The notes under the pieces were generated by a model. The model saw only the letters and a list, made by a program, of their open reading frames with translations, was not told where the DNA came from and searched no databases. DNA of 50,953 nucleotides. It comes from an uncultured Lachnospiraceae bacterium (lineage in GTDB: Bacteria > Bacillota > Clostridia > TANB77 > CAG-508). Below are positions 19,135 through 27,233 of the stretch, one piece after another. Within the stretch, counting starts at the first letter, position 1, and every line of letters starts with the position of its first letter. Where the stretch lies: assembly GCA_946637865.1 (NCBI GenBank), contig CAMPBM010000002.1:1-50953 (forward strand), in the 5' to 3' direction. The position numbers and the translations under genes were made by a program.

Positions 19135-20799
19135 ATGGTAGCTAAAAAAGAAAGAACAGGGAAAGGGAAAAAAGAGAGCTTCATGCAAGGTGTAATTGTC
19201 TTGATGTTCTCACAAGTCTTAATTAAATTATTAGGCTTGATATATAGATTATATTTAACAAATAAAGAAGGATTTGGAGATAGAGGAAATGCTATATATG
19301 GTGCAGGGTATCAAATATACGCTTTACTATTATCTATATCGTCTATAGGAGTTCCTAATGCTGTAGCTAAACTAGTGGCAGAACGATTATCACTTGGTGA
19401 TAGTAGGGGAGCACATAGAATTTTTAAAATTGCCTTTGCAACATTTGGTGTAATTGGAATTTGTGGAACTTTAATATTACTATTTGGAGCAAAATCAATT
19501 GCTAATATGACAGGAATGCCTGATGCGGAGATGACTTTGGTGGCATTATCACCCTCGATTTTCTTTGTATCGGTTATGTCTGTAATAAGAGGATTTTTTA
19601 ATGGAAGGTCAAAGATAAAAGTTACCGCAAATTCACAGACCTTAGAGCAGGTTTTTAAAACTGTTTTTACAATAGTAATAGTAGAGATAATTGCTGTGAC
19701 ATCTGGGTTTAATACAAAACTTATGGCAGCTGGAGCAAATTTAGCCACTACATTGGCTGTTGTGGGAAGCTTTTTATATTTGCTTTCATACTATAAGGTA
19801 AATAAGAATGATAAGCTAGAAGTAAGTGAAAATATTAACAGAGATTTTACAAGAAAGAATAGCATTATGAAAAAATCGGTATTACAAATAGTAAAAAGTA
19901 TTTTATTGGTGTCTATTCCGATTTCTATAAGTTCAATTCTAGTTTCAATTAATAAGAATATAGATTCATTTTCTGTAGTTAATCTACTTAAAGATATTGT
20001 GGGGGAGAAGGAGGCTACTATTCAGTATGGAATCTTAAATAAGATAGAGACTTTAACAAGTCTACCACTTTCCTTTAATGTGGCATTTGCTACAGCATTA
20101 GTGCCAGCTATTACAGCAGCACGAACAAAAGGGGAGATGAAGCAAGGTATAAAGAGAATTTCGTTCTCTCTATTAACAACTATAGTAATAGTATTACCAT
20201 GTGTGGTTGGTATGATAATTTTTGCTGATCCAATATTAAAATTGGTTGCTCCAAATGCACCAGATGGAGCGTGGGTTTTCCAAGTATGTGTTGTAGCAAC
20301 TATTTTTACTGCAATGGAACAGACTATAAATGGGGCTTTGCAAGGTTTAGGCAAAGTTACAGTACCCGCAGTAGCACTTTCTGTAGGTGTGCTTACGAAA
20401 ATGATTCTAAATTTAATTTTAATTCCTAATACACATCTATTAGGTGGAGCAGCAGGTGCAGCTTTTGCAACTGATATTTGTCATATTATTGCTTTTAGTA
20501 TAGTGTTTACAGTATTAAGAAGAACTGTGGATTTGAAAATGAGTTTTTCAAAGATGATAATAAAACCAATATTGGCTGTTACTATGATGGGAATTGTATC
20601 ATATGGTGCGTATATAGGATTAAATGGTATAATTGCACCTAAAATGGCTACAATAATATCAATATTCGTGGCAGTAATTGTATATGTGTTGTCAGTATTG
20701 GTTTTGAAGGTATTTAACGAGGAGGATATATTTATGTTACCTTATGGACAAAAAATATATGCAATTTTGGTAAAAATAGGGATATATAAACAAAAATAG
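19135..20799 (+). CDS. spoVB: Stage V sporulation protein B-like MOP-superfamily flippase
   Basis: About 14 TM segments. N-terminal LIKLLGLIYRLYLTN..GVPNAVAKLVAERLSLGD resembles SpoVB (LPVAISKLVAEA.. region). Confidence 0.6.
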   Translation: MVAKKERTGKGKKESFMQGVIVLMFSQVLIKLLGLIYRLYLTNKEGFGDRGNAIYGAGYQIYALLLSISSIGVPNAVAKLVAERLSLGDSRGAHRIFKIAFATFGVIGICGTLILLFGAKSIANMTGMPDAEMTLVALSPSIFFVSVMSVIRGFFNGRSKIKVTANSQTLEQVFKTVFTIVIVEIIAVTSGFNTKLMAAGANLATTLAVVGSFLYLLSYYKVNKNDKLEVSENINRDFTRKNSIMKKSVLQIVKSILLVSIPISISSILVSINKNIDSFSVVNLLKDIVGEKEATIQYGILNKIETLTSLPLSFNVAFATALVPAITAARTKGEMKQGIKRISFSLLTTIVIVLPCVVGMIIFADPILKLVAPNAPDGAWVFQVCVVATIFTAMEQTINGALQGLGKVTVPAVALSVGVLTKMILNLILIPNTHLLGGAAGAAFATDICHIIAFSIVFTVLRRTVDLKMSFSKMIIKPILAVTMMGIVSYGAYIGLNGIIAPKMATIISIFVAVIVYVLSVLVLKVFNEEDIFMLPYGQKIYAILVKIGIYKQK

Positions 20800-20894
20800 A
20801 GGGAAAAAAGAAGGATTTTATATAACTTTGGCGAATATTGATAATAGTAGCGCAGAAAAACAAGCTACATATAACTTATAGGAGGTAATGTATA

Positions 20895-21173
20895 ATGAAC
20901 AAATCTGATTTAATTGCGGCTATCGCTGCTAAAACAGGAGAAACAAAGAAAAGCACTGAAGCATCAGTAAATGCATTTATAGATGTTGTTACAGCATCTT
21001 TAGTTAAAGGAGACAAAGTACAATTAGTTGGTTTTGGTTCTTTTGAAGTTAGAAAAAGAGCAGCTAGAAAAGGAAGAAATCCACAAACTAAAGAAGAAAT
21101 AAAAATACCAGCATCTAAAGCTCCAGTATTCAAAGCTGGAAAAGCTTTAAAAGATTTAGTTAATAAAAAATAG
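20895..21173 (+). CDS. hup: DNA-binding protein HU
   Basis: [53 protein letters not shown] is the HU/IHF signature. Confidence 0.92.
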   Translation: MNKSDLIAAIAAKTGETKKSTEASVNAFIDVVTASLVKGDKVQLVGFGSFEVRKRAARKGRNPQTKEEIKIPASKAPVFKAGKALKDLVNKK

Positions 21174-21257
21174 TTAGTGAAATTTATATATAATATGAAT
21201 TCATATAAGGATATAGTTGTGAGGCTATATCTTTTTTTATTTTTTTTAAAATAAGTA

Positions 21258-21286
21258 TTGACAAATTTTTTTTTAGAATATATAAT
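21258..21286 (+). promoter_or_regulatory. Consensus sigma-A promoter for tRNA-Leu
   Basis: TTGACA (21258-21263), a 17-nt spacer, then TATAAT (21281-21286). Confidence 0.6.
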
Positions 21287-21321
21287 AGGTCATGTCGTAA
21301 GACATGAGCCAGTTTATAAAT

Positions 21322-21409
21322 GCAGATGTGGCGGAACTGGCAGACGCACAGGACTTAAAATCCTGCGGTTGAATAAACCGTGCCGGTTCGATTCCGGCCA
21401 TCTGCACCA
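21322..21409 (+). tRNA. tRNA-Leu (anticodon UAA), long variable arm, CCA encoded
   Basis: The acceptor gcagatg pairs with catctgc. The anticodon stem-loop is cagga-CTTAAAA-tcctg (anticodon TAA). The variable arm is cggttgaataaaccg. The T-arm is gccggttcgattccggc. The 3' end is CCA. Confidence 0.9.
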
Positions 21410-21525
21410 TCGTAATATCAAGGGTTTGAATAAAATCTCTTGATATTATTTTTTTCTTGAAATTAAAAAGTTCTAATGTAGTTCTAATGAAATTGTTAGA
21501 AATATATTAGAACTTTTTGTATTTT
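21353..21525. repeat. Island direct repeat, copy 1 (tRNA-Leu 3' half plus ~115 bp downstream); attL-like
   Basis: Aligns with 30499-30657: the tRNA 3' 57 nt, the hairpin atatcaaggg..cttgatat plus T-run, then aaattaaaaagttctaatgta..gttagaaat..ttagaactttttgt. Confidence 0.75.
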
Positions 21526-21608
21526 AAATATTGTTTATATTATTTTGGTGTTCTGAAGCCTTATTAGTTATAAAGTTTTTTTATATAGCAACAAACTTGT
21601 AAAAGAAT

Positions 21609-21637
21609 TTGACAAGAATTCGAAAATGTTATATAAT
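21609..21637 (+). promoter_or_regulatory. Sigma-A type promoter for the XRE-family gene
   Basis: TTGACA (21609-21614), a 17-nt spacer, then TATAAT (21632-21637). Confidence 0.5.
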
Positions 21638-21658
21638 AGGATAATAGGAGATGATAAT

Positions 21659-22111
21659 ATGATTGAAAACGATGAAATTAAAAGATTTCAAGATAATTTA
21701 CTAATAATTAGGAAAGCTGTAGGATGGTCAGAGGAAGAATTAGGAAATCAGATTGGAGTTACGAGACAAACAATAAATAATCTTGAAACTCAAAAAAGTA
21801 AATTAAGTAAAACTCAATACATAGCTATGAGAGCTGTTTTAGAAAAAGAAATTATCAACTCTGATGAAAATTCAAAAGATACAAAAATGCTAGTATATTT
21901 ATTAGAAACACTTATAGATAATCCAGAAAAATACACAATTGAAGATAGGAAAAAAATAATTGAAAAGGCAAATATGTTATCGCCTACTATAATTACTAAA
22001 ACAAATTCAAGAAAAGATGTTTCTAATGATTTTGTAAAAATTATGGAAGCGTTAGGAATCGTAGTTGGTGTTGCTGCTGGGATAGTTTTTTTCAATAAAG
22101 GGAAAAAATAA
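21659..22111 (+). CDS. XRE-family HTH regulator with C-terminal transmembrane anchor
   Basis: The HTH segment is LIIRKAVGWSEEELGNQIGVTRQTINNLETQKSKLSKTQYIAMRAVL. The C-terminal hydrophobic helix is ALGIVVGVAAGIVFF. AGGAG lies upstream of the ATG at 21659. Confidence 0.7.
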   Translation: MIENDEIKRFQDNLLIIRKAVGWSEEELGNQIGVTRQTINNLETQKSKLSKTQYIAMRAVLEKEIINSDENSKDTKMLVYLLETLIDNPEKYTIEDRKKIIEKANMLSPTIITKTNSRKDVSNDFVKIMEALGIVVGVAAGIVFFNKGKK

Positions 22112-22128
22112 TAGAAAGGAGTTTTAAA

Positions 22129-22230
22129 ATGGAAGAAAGTAAATACACTAAATCAGATGTAATATTATTCGGAATTGAAGCAATAGGTGCTGCGTTTATT
22201 GCTGTTGCAGAGTTAATAAAAAGATTATAG
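22129..22230 (+). CDS. Unannotated 33-aa hydrophobic peptide
   Basis: MEESKYTKSDVILFGIEAIGAAFIAVAELIKRL. AAAGGAG lies 8 nt upstream. A hairpin plus T-run follows at ~22263-22297. It falls below the ORF-track length cutoff. Confidence 0.35.
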   Translation: MEESKYTKSDVILFGIEAIGAAFIAVAELIKRL

Positions 22231-22396
22231 ATTATTTTTTTAGAAAAGTTTTTGAATAAAAAAGGGTAGAGATGCTAAAATCTCTGCTCTTTTTTATATT
22301 TACTAATAAATTTAAAAAAATAGTGAAATATGTCGAAACTTTTTAGTATTTATGATATAAAATATATTAGAAAATTTATAAATAAAGAGGTGCAAA

Positions 22397-23899
22397 ATGA
22401 AAGAGGAAGATTTAAAAGATTTAGAAAAGAAATTATGGGAATCAGCAGATAAAATGAGAGGAGCTGTTCCTGTATCAAGTTATAAATTTATAGTTTTAGG
22501 TTTAATATTCTTGAAATATATATCAGATTCATTTGAAGAAAAATATAATGAGCTTGTTAATGAAGGATATGGTTTAGAAGAAGATAGGGATGCTTATGAG
22601 ATGGATCACATATTCTATGTACCATCAAAAGCAAGATGGAAATATATAAATGCTCATTCAAAGGATAGTAACATTGGACAAATAATTGATGAAGCATTAG
22701 AAGAAATTGAAAAAGAAAATACAACCTTAAAAGGTGTATTAATTAAGCAATACAATAGTCCAGATTATAAGAATGTAAATTTAGGGGAATTAATAGATAT
22801 ATTTACTAATATAAAAATTGGTAGCAAGGAAGCACAAGACAAAGATATTTTAGGAAGAATTTATGAGTATTTTCTTGGACAATTTGCATCAAATGAATTG
22901 CAAAAAGGTGGAGAATTCTATACACCAGCTTGTCTTGTTAGAACAATGGTTGAAATATTAGAACCATACAAAGGTAGAGTATATGATCCAGCCTGTGGAT
23001 CTGGTGGAATGTTTGTGCAAAGCCTTAAATTTATACAAAGACACCAAGGGAATATTAACAATTTAAGTATTTATGGGCAAGAGAAGAATCCAACAACTTG
23101 GAAACTTGCAAAGATGAATCTAGCCATAAGAAGTATTGATGGAAATTTAGGAAAGTTTGCTGATGATACATTTCATAATGATTTACATAAAGATTTAAAA
23201 GCAGATTTTGTATTAGCAAATCCACCATTCAACATTTCAGATTGGGGACAAGAAAAGTTACCTGATGATCCAAGATGGAAATATGGAATACCACCAAAAG
23301 GCAATGCAAACTTTGCTTGGGTTGAGCATATGATATCTAAATTATCTATGGATGGTAAAGCAGCAGTAATTTTAGCTAATGGTTCTCTATCAGCAGGTGG
23401 ACAAGAGGAAGAAATTAGAAAGAATTTGATTGAAGCAGATTTGGTAGATTGTATATTATCAATGCCATCTAATTTGTTTTATACTGTTACAATTCCTTGT
23501 AGCATTTGGATTTTAAATAGAAATAAAAAACAAAAAGGTAAAACATTATTTATAGATGCTAGAAATTTAGGAACAATGGTTACTAGAAAGTTAAGAGAAT
23601 TGGATGAAAAAGAAGATATACCTAAAATAGCAGAAACATACCATAGTTATCAAAACAATGAAGGCTATGAAGATGTAGCAGGATTTTGTAAAGTTGCTAC
23701 ATTAGAAGATATAAAGGAAAACAACTATGTTTTAACACCAGGTAGATATGTTGGAGTTGAAGAACAAGAAGATGATGGAATTCCTTTTGAAGAAAAAATG
23801 AAAACTATTACAACTGAATTAAAGGAACAATTTGAGGAGTCTCATAAGTTGGAAGAAGAAATTAGAAAGAACTTGGAGGCTATTGGGTATGGAATTTAA
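22397..23899 (+). CDS. hsdM: Type I restriction-modification system, DNA methyltransferase subunit M
   Basis: The N-terminal HsdM_N-like helix is present, along with the SAM-binding motif YDPACGSGGMF and the N6-adenine catalytic motif LANPPFN. Confidence 0.93.
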   Translation: MKEEDLKDLEKKLWESADKMRGAVPVSSYKFIVLGLIFLKYISDSFEEKYNELVNEGYGLEEDRDAYEMDHIFYVPSKARWKYINAHSKDSNIGQIIDEALEEIEKENTTLKGVLIKQYNSPDYKNVNLGELIDIFTNIKIGSKEAQDKDILGRIYEYFLGQFASNELQKGGEFYTPACLVRTMVEILEPYKGRVYDPACGSGGMFVQSLKFIQRHQGNINNLSIYGQEKNPTTWKLAKMNLAIRSIDGNLGKFADDTFHNDLHKDLKADFVLANPPFNISDWGQEKLPDDPRWKYGIPPKGNANFAWVEHMISKLSMDGKAAVILANGSLSAGGQEEEIRKNLIEADLVDCILSMPSNLFYTVTIPCSIWILNRNKKQKGKTLFIDARNLGTMVTRKLRELDEKEDIPKIAETYHSYQNNEGYEDVAGFCKVATLEDIKENNYVLTPGRYVGVEEQEDDGIPFEEKMKTITTELKEQFEESHKLEEEIRKNLEAIGYGI

Positions 23900-25115
23900 G
23901 AAAATAAAACTAAAAGATATATCTGTTAGAATAACTAAAGGAACAACTCCAGAAAAGGAAGCCTTTAAGGGAAAAGATGTTATATATATAAAATCTGATA
24001 GTTTAAACTATCATGGCTTTATGGATGAAACAGCATTTGTTACAATAGACCAAAAAACACATGAAAGTAAGTTAAAGAGATCAATATTAAGGGAAAATGA
24101 TATATTATATTCAATTGCTGGTGCATATTTGGGAAAGATAGGTCTGGTAAAAAAAGAATATTTACCTGCTAACACAAATCAGGCTGTTGGTATAATATCT
24201 ATAGATTATAATTTAGCATTGCCTAAATATGTGTATTATTATTTACAACAGTTAAAAGTTAGATATTATGCTAATAATTCAATTGCACAATCAGCTCAGC
24301 CTAATATTAATCTTGAACAATTGGGGCAATTTGATATAGCACTATGTGAAATGGAAGAACAAAACAAAATAGTAAATATATTAGATTCTATTAATAAAAA
24401 AATAGAGTTAAATAATCAGATAAATGATAATTTGTTAGAAATGTCACAATTGATCTTTAGTAATTACATTAACGAAAATAAAAGTATAAATTATTGTAAA
24501 ATCAAAGATTTAAATCCTAAGCTAGAAACAGGAAAGAGGCCCAATGGTGGAGTGGGGAATATTTTAAATGGAATTCCTAGTATAGGTGCAGAGAGTATAA
24601 AAAAAGTAGGATATTTTGATTATTCTAAAACCAAATATGTTACTGAAGAATATTTTGAAAAAATGAAAAAAGGTATTGTTAAAGGATATGAAATACTTAT
24701 TTATAAAGATGGTGGAAAGCCAGGATATTTTATGCCCAATTTTTCAATGTTTGGAGAGGGATTCCCTTATGAAAGATGTGCTATAAATGAGCATGTATTT
24801 TTATTAGATTTTAATAATATTAGGTTTAATATATTCTATTATTATTATTTTAATTCTGAAGAGATAAGACACAAATTACATGTTTTAGGTAGCAAGTCAG
24901 CTGCTATACCTGGAATAAATCAACAAGATATTTTAAATTTAGAAATACCATGTGTTAAAGAAAAAGATGCTTATGAGCTATTTGACATATTAGAATTTAA
25001 CACGAAAATGATTATAAAGAATAGTAAACAAAATCATAAGCTATGTCAACTAAGAGATACATTATTACCAAAGTTAATGAATGGAGAAATTAATTTATCA
25101 AATGTAAATATATAG
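23889..25115 (+). CDS. hsdS: Type I R-M specificity subunit S (two target-recognition domains)
   Basis: It overlaps the hsdM stop by 11 nt. The structure is duplicated TRD plus conserved coiled-coil spacers (EEQNKIVNILDSINKKIELNNQINDNL and QNHKLCQLRDTLLPKLMNGEI). Confidence 0.88.
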   Translation: MEFKKIKLKDISVRITKGTTPEKEAFKGKDVIYIKSDSLNYHGFMDETAFVTIDQKTHESKLKRSILRENDILYSIAGAYLGKIGLVKKEYLPANTNQAVGIISIDYNLALPKYVYYYLQQLKVRYYANNSIAQSAQPNINLEQLGQFDIALCEMEEQNKIVNILDSINKKIELNNQINDNLLEMSQLIFSNYINENKSINYCKIKDLNPKLETGKRPNGGVGNILNGIPSIGAESIKKVGYFDYSKTKYVTEEYFEKMKKGIVKGYEILIYKDGGKPGYFMPNFSMFGEGFPYERCAINEHVFLLDFNNIRFNIFYYYYFNSEEIRHKLHVLGSKSAAIPGINQQDILNLEIPCVKEKDAYELFDILEFNTKMIIKNSKQNHKLCQLRDTLLPKLMNGEINLSNVNI

Positions 25116-25133
25116 CAAAGAGAGGTATGCAGT

Positions 25134-26477
25134 ATGTTCGGAAAAATTGAAATAAATAAAATAAAGAATGTCAGCAGTAGAAAGAATTTTGAATATGTAT
25201 TGCAGTCGTATTATTCAGGAAACTATAAAGCAAGCATTTTGTTGTTATATAATATTGTAGTAAATGATTTATACGAAAAACTTCAATTAATGAATGAAAA
25301 AAATTATATTAATTGTAAAAAGGAATTAGAAGAAATAGAAAATATATTGAAGGATGGGGACGCAAAAAAATACTCATCTGTAGAGGAGAAGATATTTGAT
25401 GTATATAAAGATAAAAAAGTATTAAATCAACCAACAATTGATTTGTTATATTTTTTTAAGGAGGTTAGAAACAAGTGTGCACATCCATTTTTCTTCAAAG
25501 AGAGTGAATATTCTCCAATAGAAGAGGAAGTATATTTATTTATTGTTAGAATATATAATGAGATTTTGATTATAGATGCATTTCTTAAAGATCCATATAG
25601 TGTGATGAAGGATGATATAGAAAATTTTAAATTCCCAGATATAAGAGCAAATTTAGTTGGTGCTAGTTCTCTAAGAAAAGATACAGATAAAGTTAAAAAG
25701 TATTTTGAAGTAAAGTATTTTAGGTTTATGACGAATAGTAACTTTAAAAAGTTATTTAAGACGTTACTAGATTTAACGATTTCCAAAAAGACTGATGAAA
25801 TTCAAAAAGAACAATATAAAAATTTTTTAATACTAAATTCTATGTTAGAATATTTGAAAGTGCAAGGAAAGGAAAATATTTTAAATAATACATATAATTG
25901 GTCAAAATTAAAATCAGACATCTTGTATGATGATGATAACGATATTTTTTCTGATGAGTGGTTTGCGTTATCATATCTTTATAAAGTATTAATGTATAAT
26001 TCAAATTTTGTTGAAGAATTAAAAAGTACAAATGAAATTGTGTACAATAAGGTTGAAGTATCTCTATATCAGAAGGGGAATCTATTTATTGAGTTTTGGC
26101 AACTATTTGATTATGATATAAATGTTGCTATAGGTAAATTGAAAGATGATATAAGCAGTTTGGAGTATTCAAGAATTATAGATAAATTGCAAATGCAATT
26201 GGAAAAGGGCAGTTTACTTCAATTATTAAAAAGAATGGTAGAAAAAATTCCAGCATTTGATGGATATGATATAGCGAATAATTGCCTAACATCATTTATT
26301 AAAGTACTAAGTGTAAAGCGTGATACAATTCAACAAGAAGATTTAGAAGATATATTTAGTCTTTTTAATGAAAACAGACAAATTTACGATAAAACAAGAA
26401 GTAATAGAGATAATCAAATGTTGGAAATTGCAAAATTAGGATATGATTTATCTGAATATCCTAATTTAATCAGATAA
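25134..26477 (+). CDS. Uncharacterised 447-aa protein: N-terminal HEPN-like domain (RNKCAH) plus ~300-aa unknown helical C-terminal region
   Basis: Its GAGG RBS starts 18 nt after the hsdS stop. A single Rx4H motif RNKCAH lies at aa 112-117 (nt 25467-25484) in a predicted four-helix context (FEYVLQSYYSGNYKASILLLYNIVVNDLYEKL..TIDLLYFFKEVRNKCAHP..EEVYLFIVRIYNEIL). No P-loop is visible. Confidence 0.55.
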   Translation: MFGKIEINKIKNVSSRKNFEYVLQSYYSGNYKASILLLYNIVVNDLYEKLQLMNEKNYINCKKELEEIENILKDGDAKKYSSVEEKIFDVYKDKKVLNQPTIDLLYFFKEVRNKCAHPFFFKESEYSPIEEEVYLFIVRIYNEILIIDAFLKDPYSVMKDDIENFKFPDIRANLVGASSLRKDTDKVKKYFEVKYFRFMTNSNFKKLFKTLLDLTISKKTDEIQKEQYKNFLILNSMLEYLKVQGKENILNNTYNWSKLKSDILYDDDNDIFSDEWFALSYLYKVLMYNSNFVEELKSTNEIVYNKVEVSLYQKGNLFIEFWQLFDYDINVAIGKLKDDISSLEYSRIIDKLQMQLEKGSLLQLLKRMVEKIPAFDGYDIANNCLTSFIKVLSVKRDTIQQEDLEDIFSLFNENRQIYDKTRSNRDNQMLEIAKLGYDLSEYPNLIR

Positions 26478-26497
26478 ATTGTGATTTGGAGGAAAGA

Positions 26498-27223
26498 ATG
26501 ATGGATATATATGATTATTATTTATTACCAACAACAGAAGAACTGAAGAAAGAAAGCAATGTGGATAAACTTTTTATAAAATATAAATTAAATGTACCTA
26601 ATATAGCTAGATATATGTTCATTAAACCACAATCTAATATTGAATATAACAAATCAGTAAAACCATATTTTAGAGATATAACAATCAACTATGGATTAGA
26701 CAATTGGAAAAATAAAGTATTAGAATTAAAAGAAATATATTGTTGTGTTCAGAATTATGTTCAAAAAAGTAAAAATGCAATTGAGGAAGAAAAAAGTTTT
26801 TATGAATACTGGTGTAAAACTTTTATTGATAGATTCTTTATTAATATTTCATCATTATATGATAAATCAGCACATATTCTAAACTATTTATATGAATTAA
26901 ATGTAAAAAAATCTATAAAATTTAATCATGATGTAATGACAAAATTGAAAGATAAAAATGAAACTGCATATAATATTTATTTTGCAATTTATAAAAAATA
27001 TAAAAAAGAATCTGATGAAATAAGAAATAATGCTACTCACAATTTTAGTGAATTATTTCCTAATATATATTATATGGAAAATGCAGATGGAACATTCACT
27101 TGGAAAAGAGGAAAAGAGCTTTCAATAGATGAAGGATTGAAAAAAATAGAAAATTTAATAAATATTTTAGAAGAATATAAAAAACAAATAGAAGAAACTT
27201 TAGAAGAAAAATATAAAAAATAG
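26498..27223 (+). CDS. Uncharacterised 241-aa protein with HEPN-type RNNATH motif
   Basis: GGAGG lies upstream of the ATG at 26498. The gene ends 10 nt before hsdR. A single Rx4H motif, IRNNATHNF, is at nt 27023-27040. The sequence looks helical throughout, and the C-terminus is a K/E-rich helix. Confidence 0.5.
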   Translation: MMDIYDYYLLPTTEELKKESNVDKLFIKYKLNVPNIARYMFIKPQSNIEYNKSVKPYFRDITINYGLDNWKNKVLELKEIYCCVQNYVQKSKNAIEEEKSFYEYWCKTFIDRFFINISSLYDKSAHILNYLYELNVKKSIKFNHDVMTKLKDKNETAYNIYFAIYKKYKKESDEIRNNATHNFSELFPNIYYMENADGTFTWKRGKELSIDEGLKKIENLINILEEYKKQIEETLEEKYKK

Positions 27224-27233
27224 GAGAAAAGTT

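Noticed and set aside
21258-21443. A 61-aa ORF from the track (MTNFFLEYIIGHVVRH..).
   Set aside because: It spans the promoter and the whole tRNA-Leu gene. The tRNA cloverleaf explains the region, and the ORF has no RBS.
23889-25115. Phase-variable hsdS shufflon.
   Set aside because: Only one hsdS gene is present. There are no silent hsdS' cassettes or inverted repeats within it, and the only recombinase nearby is a truncated remnant outside the island.
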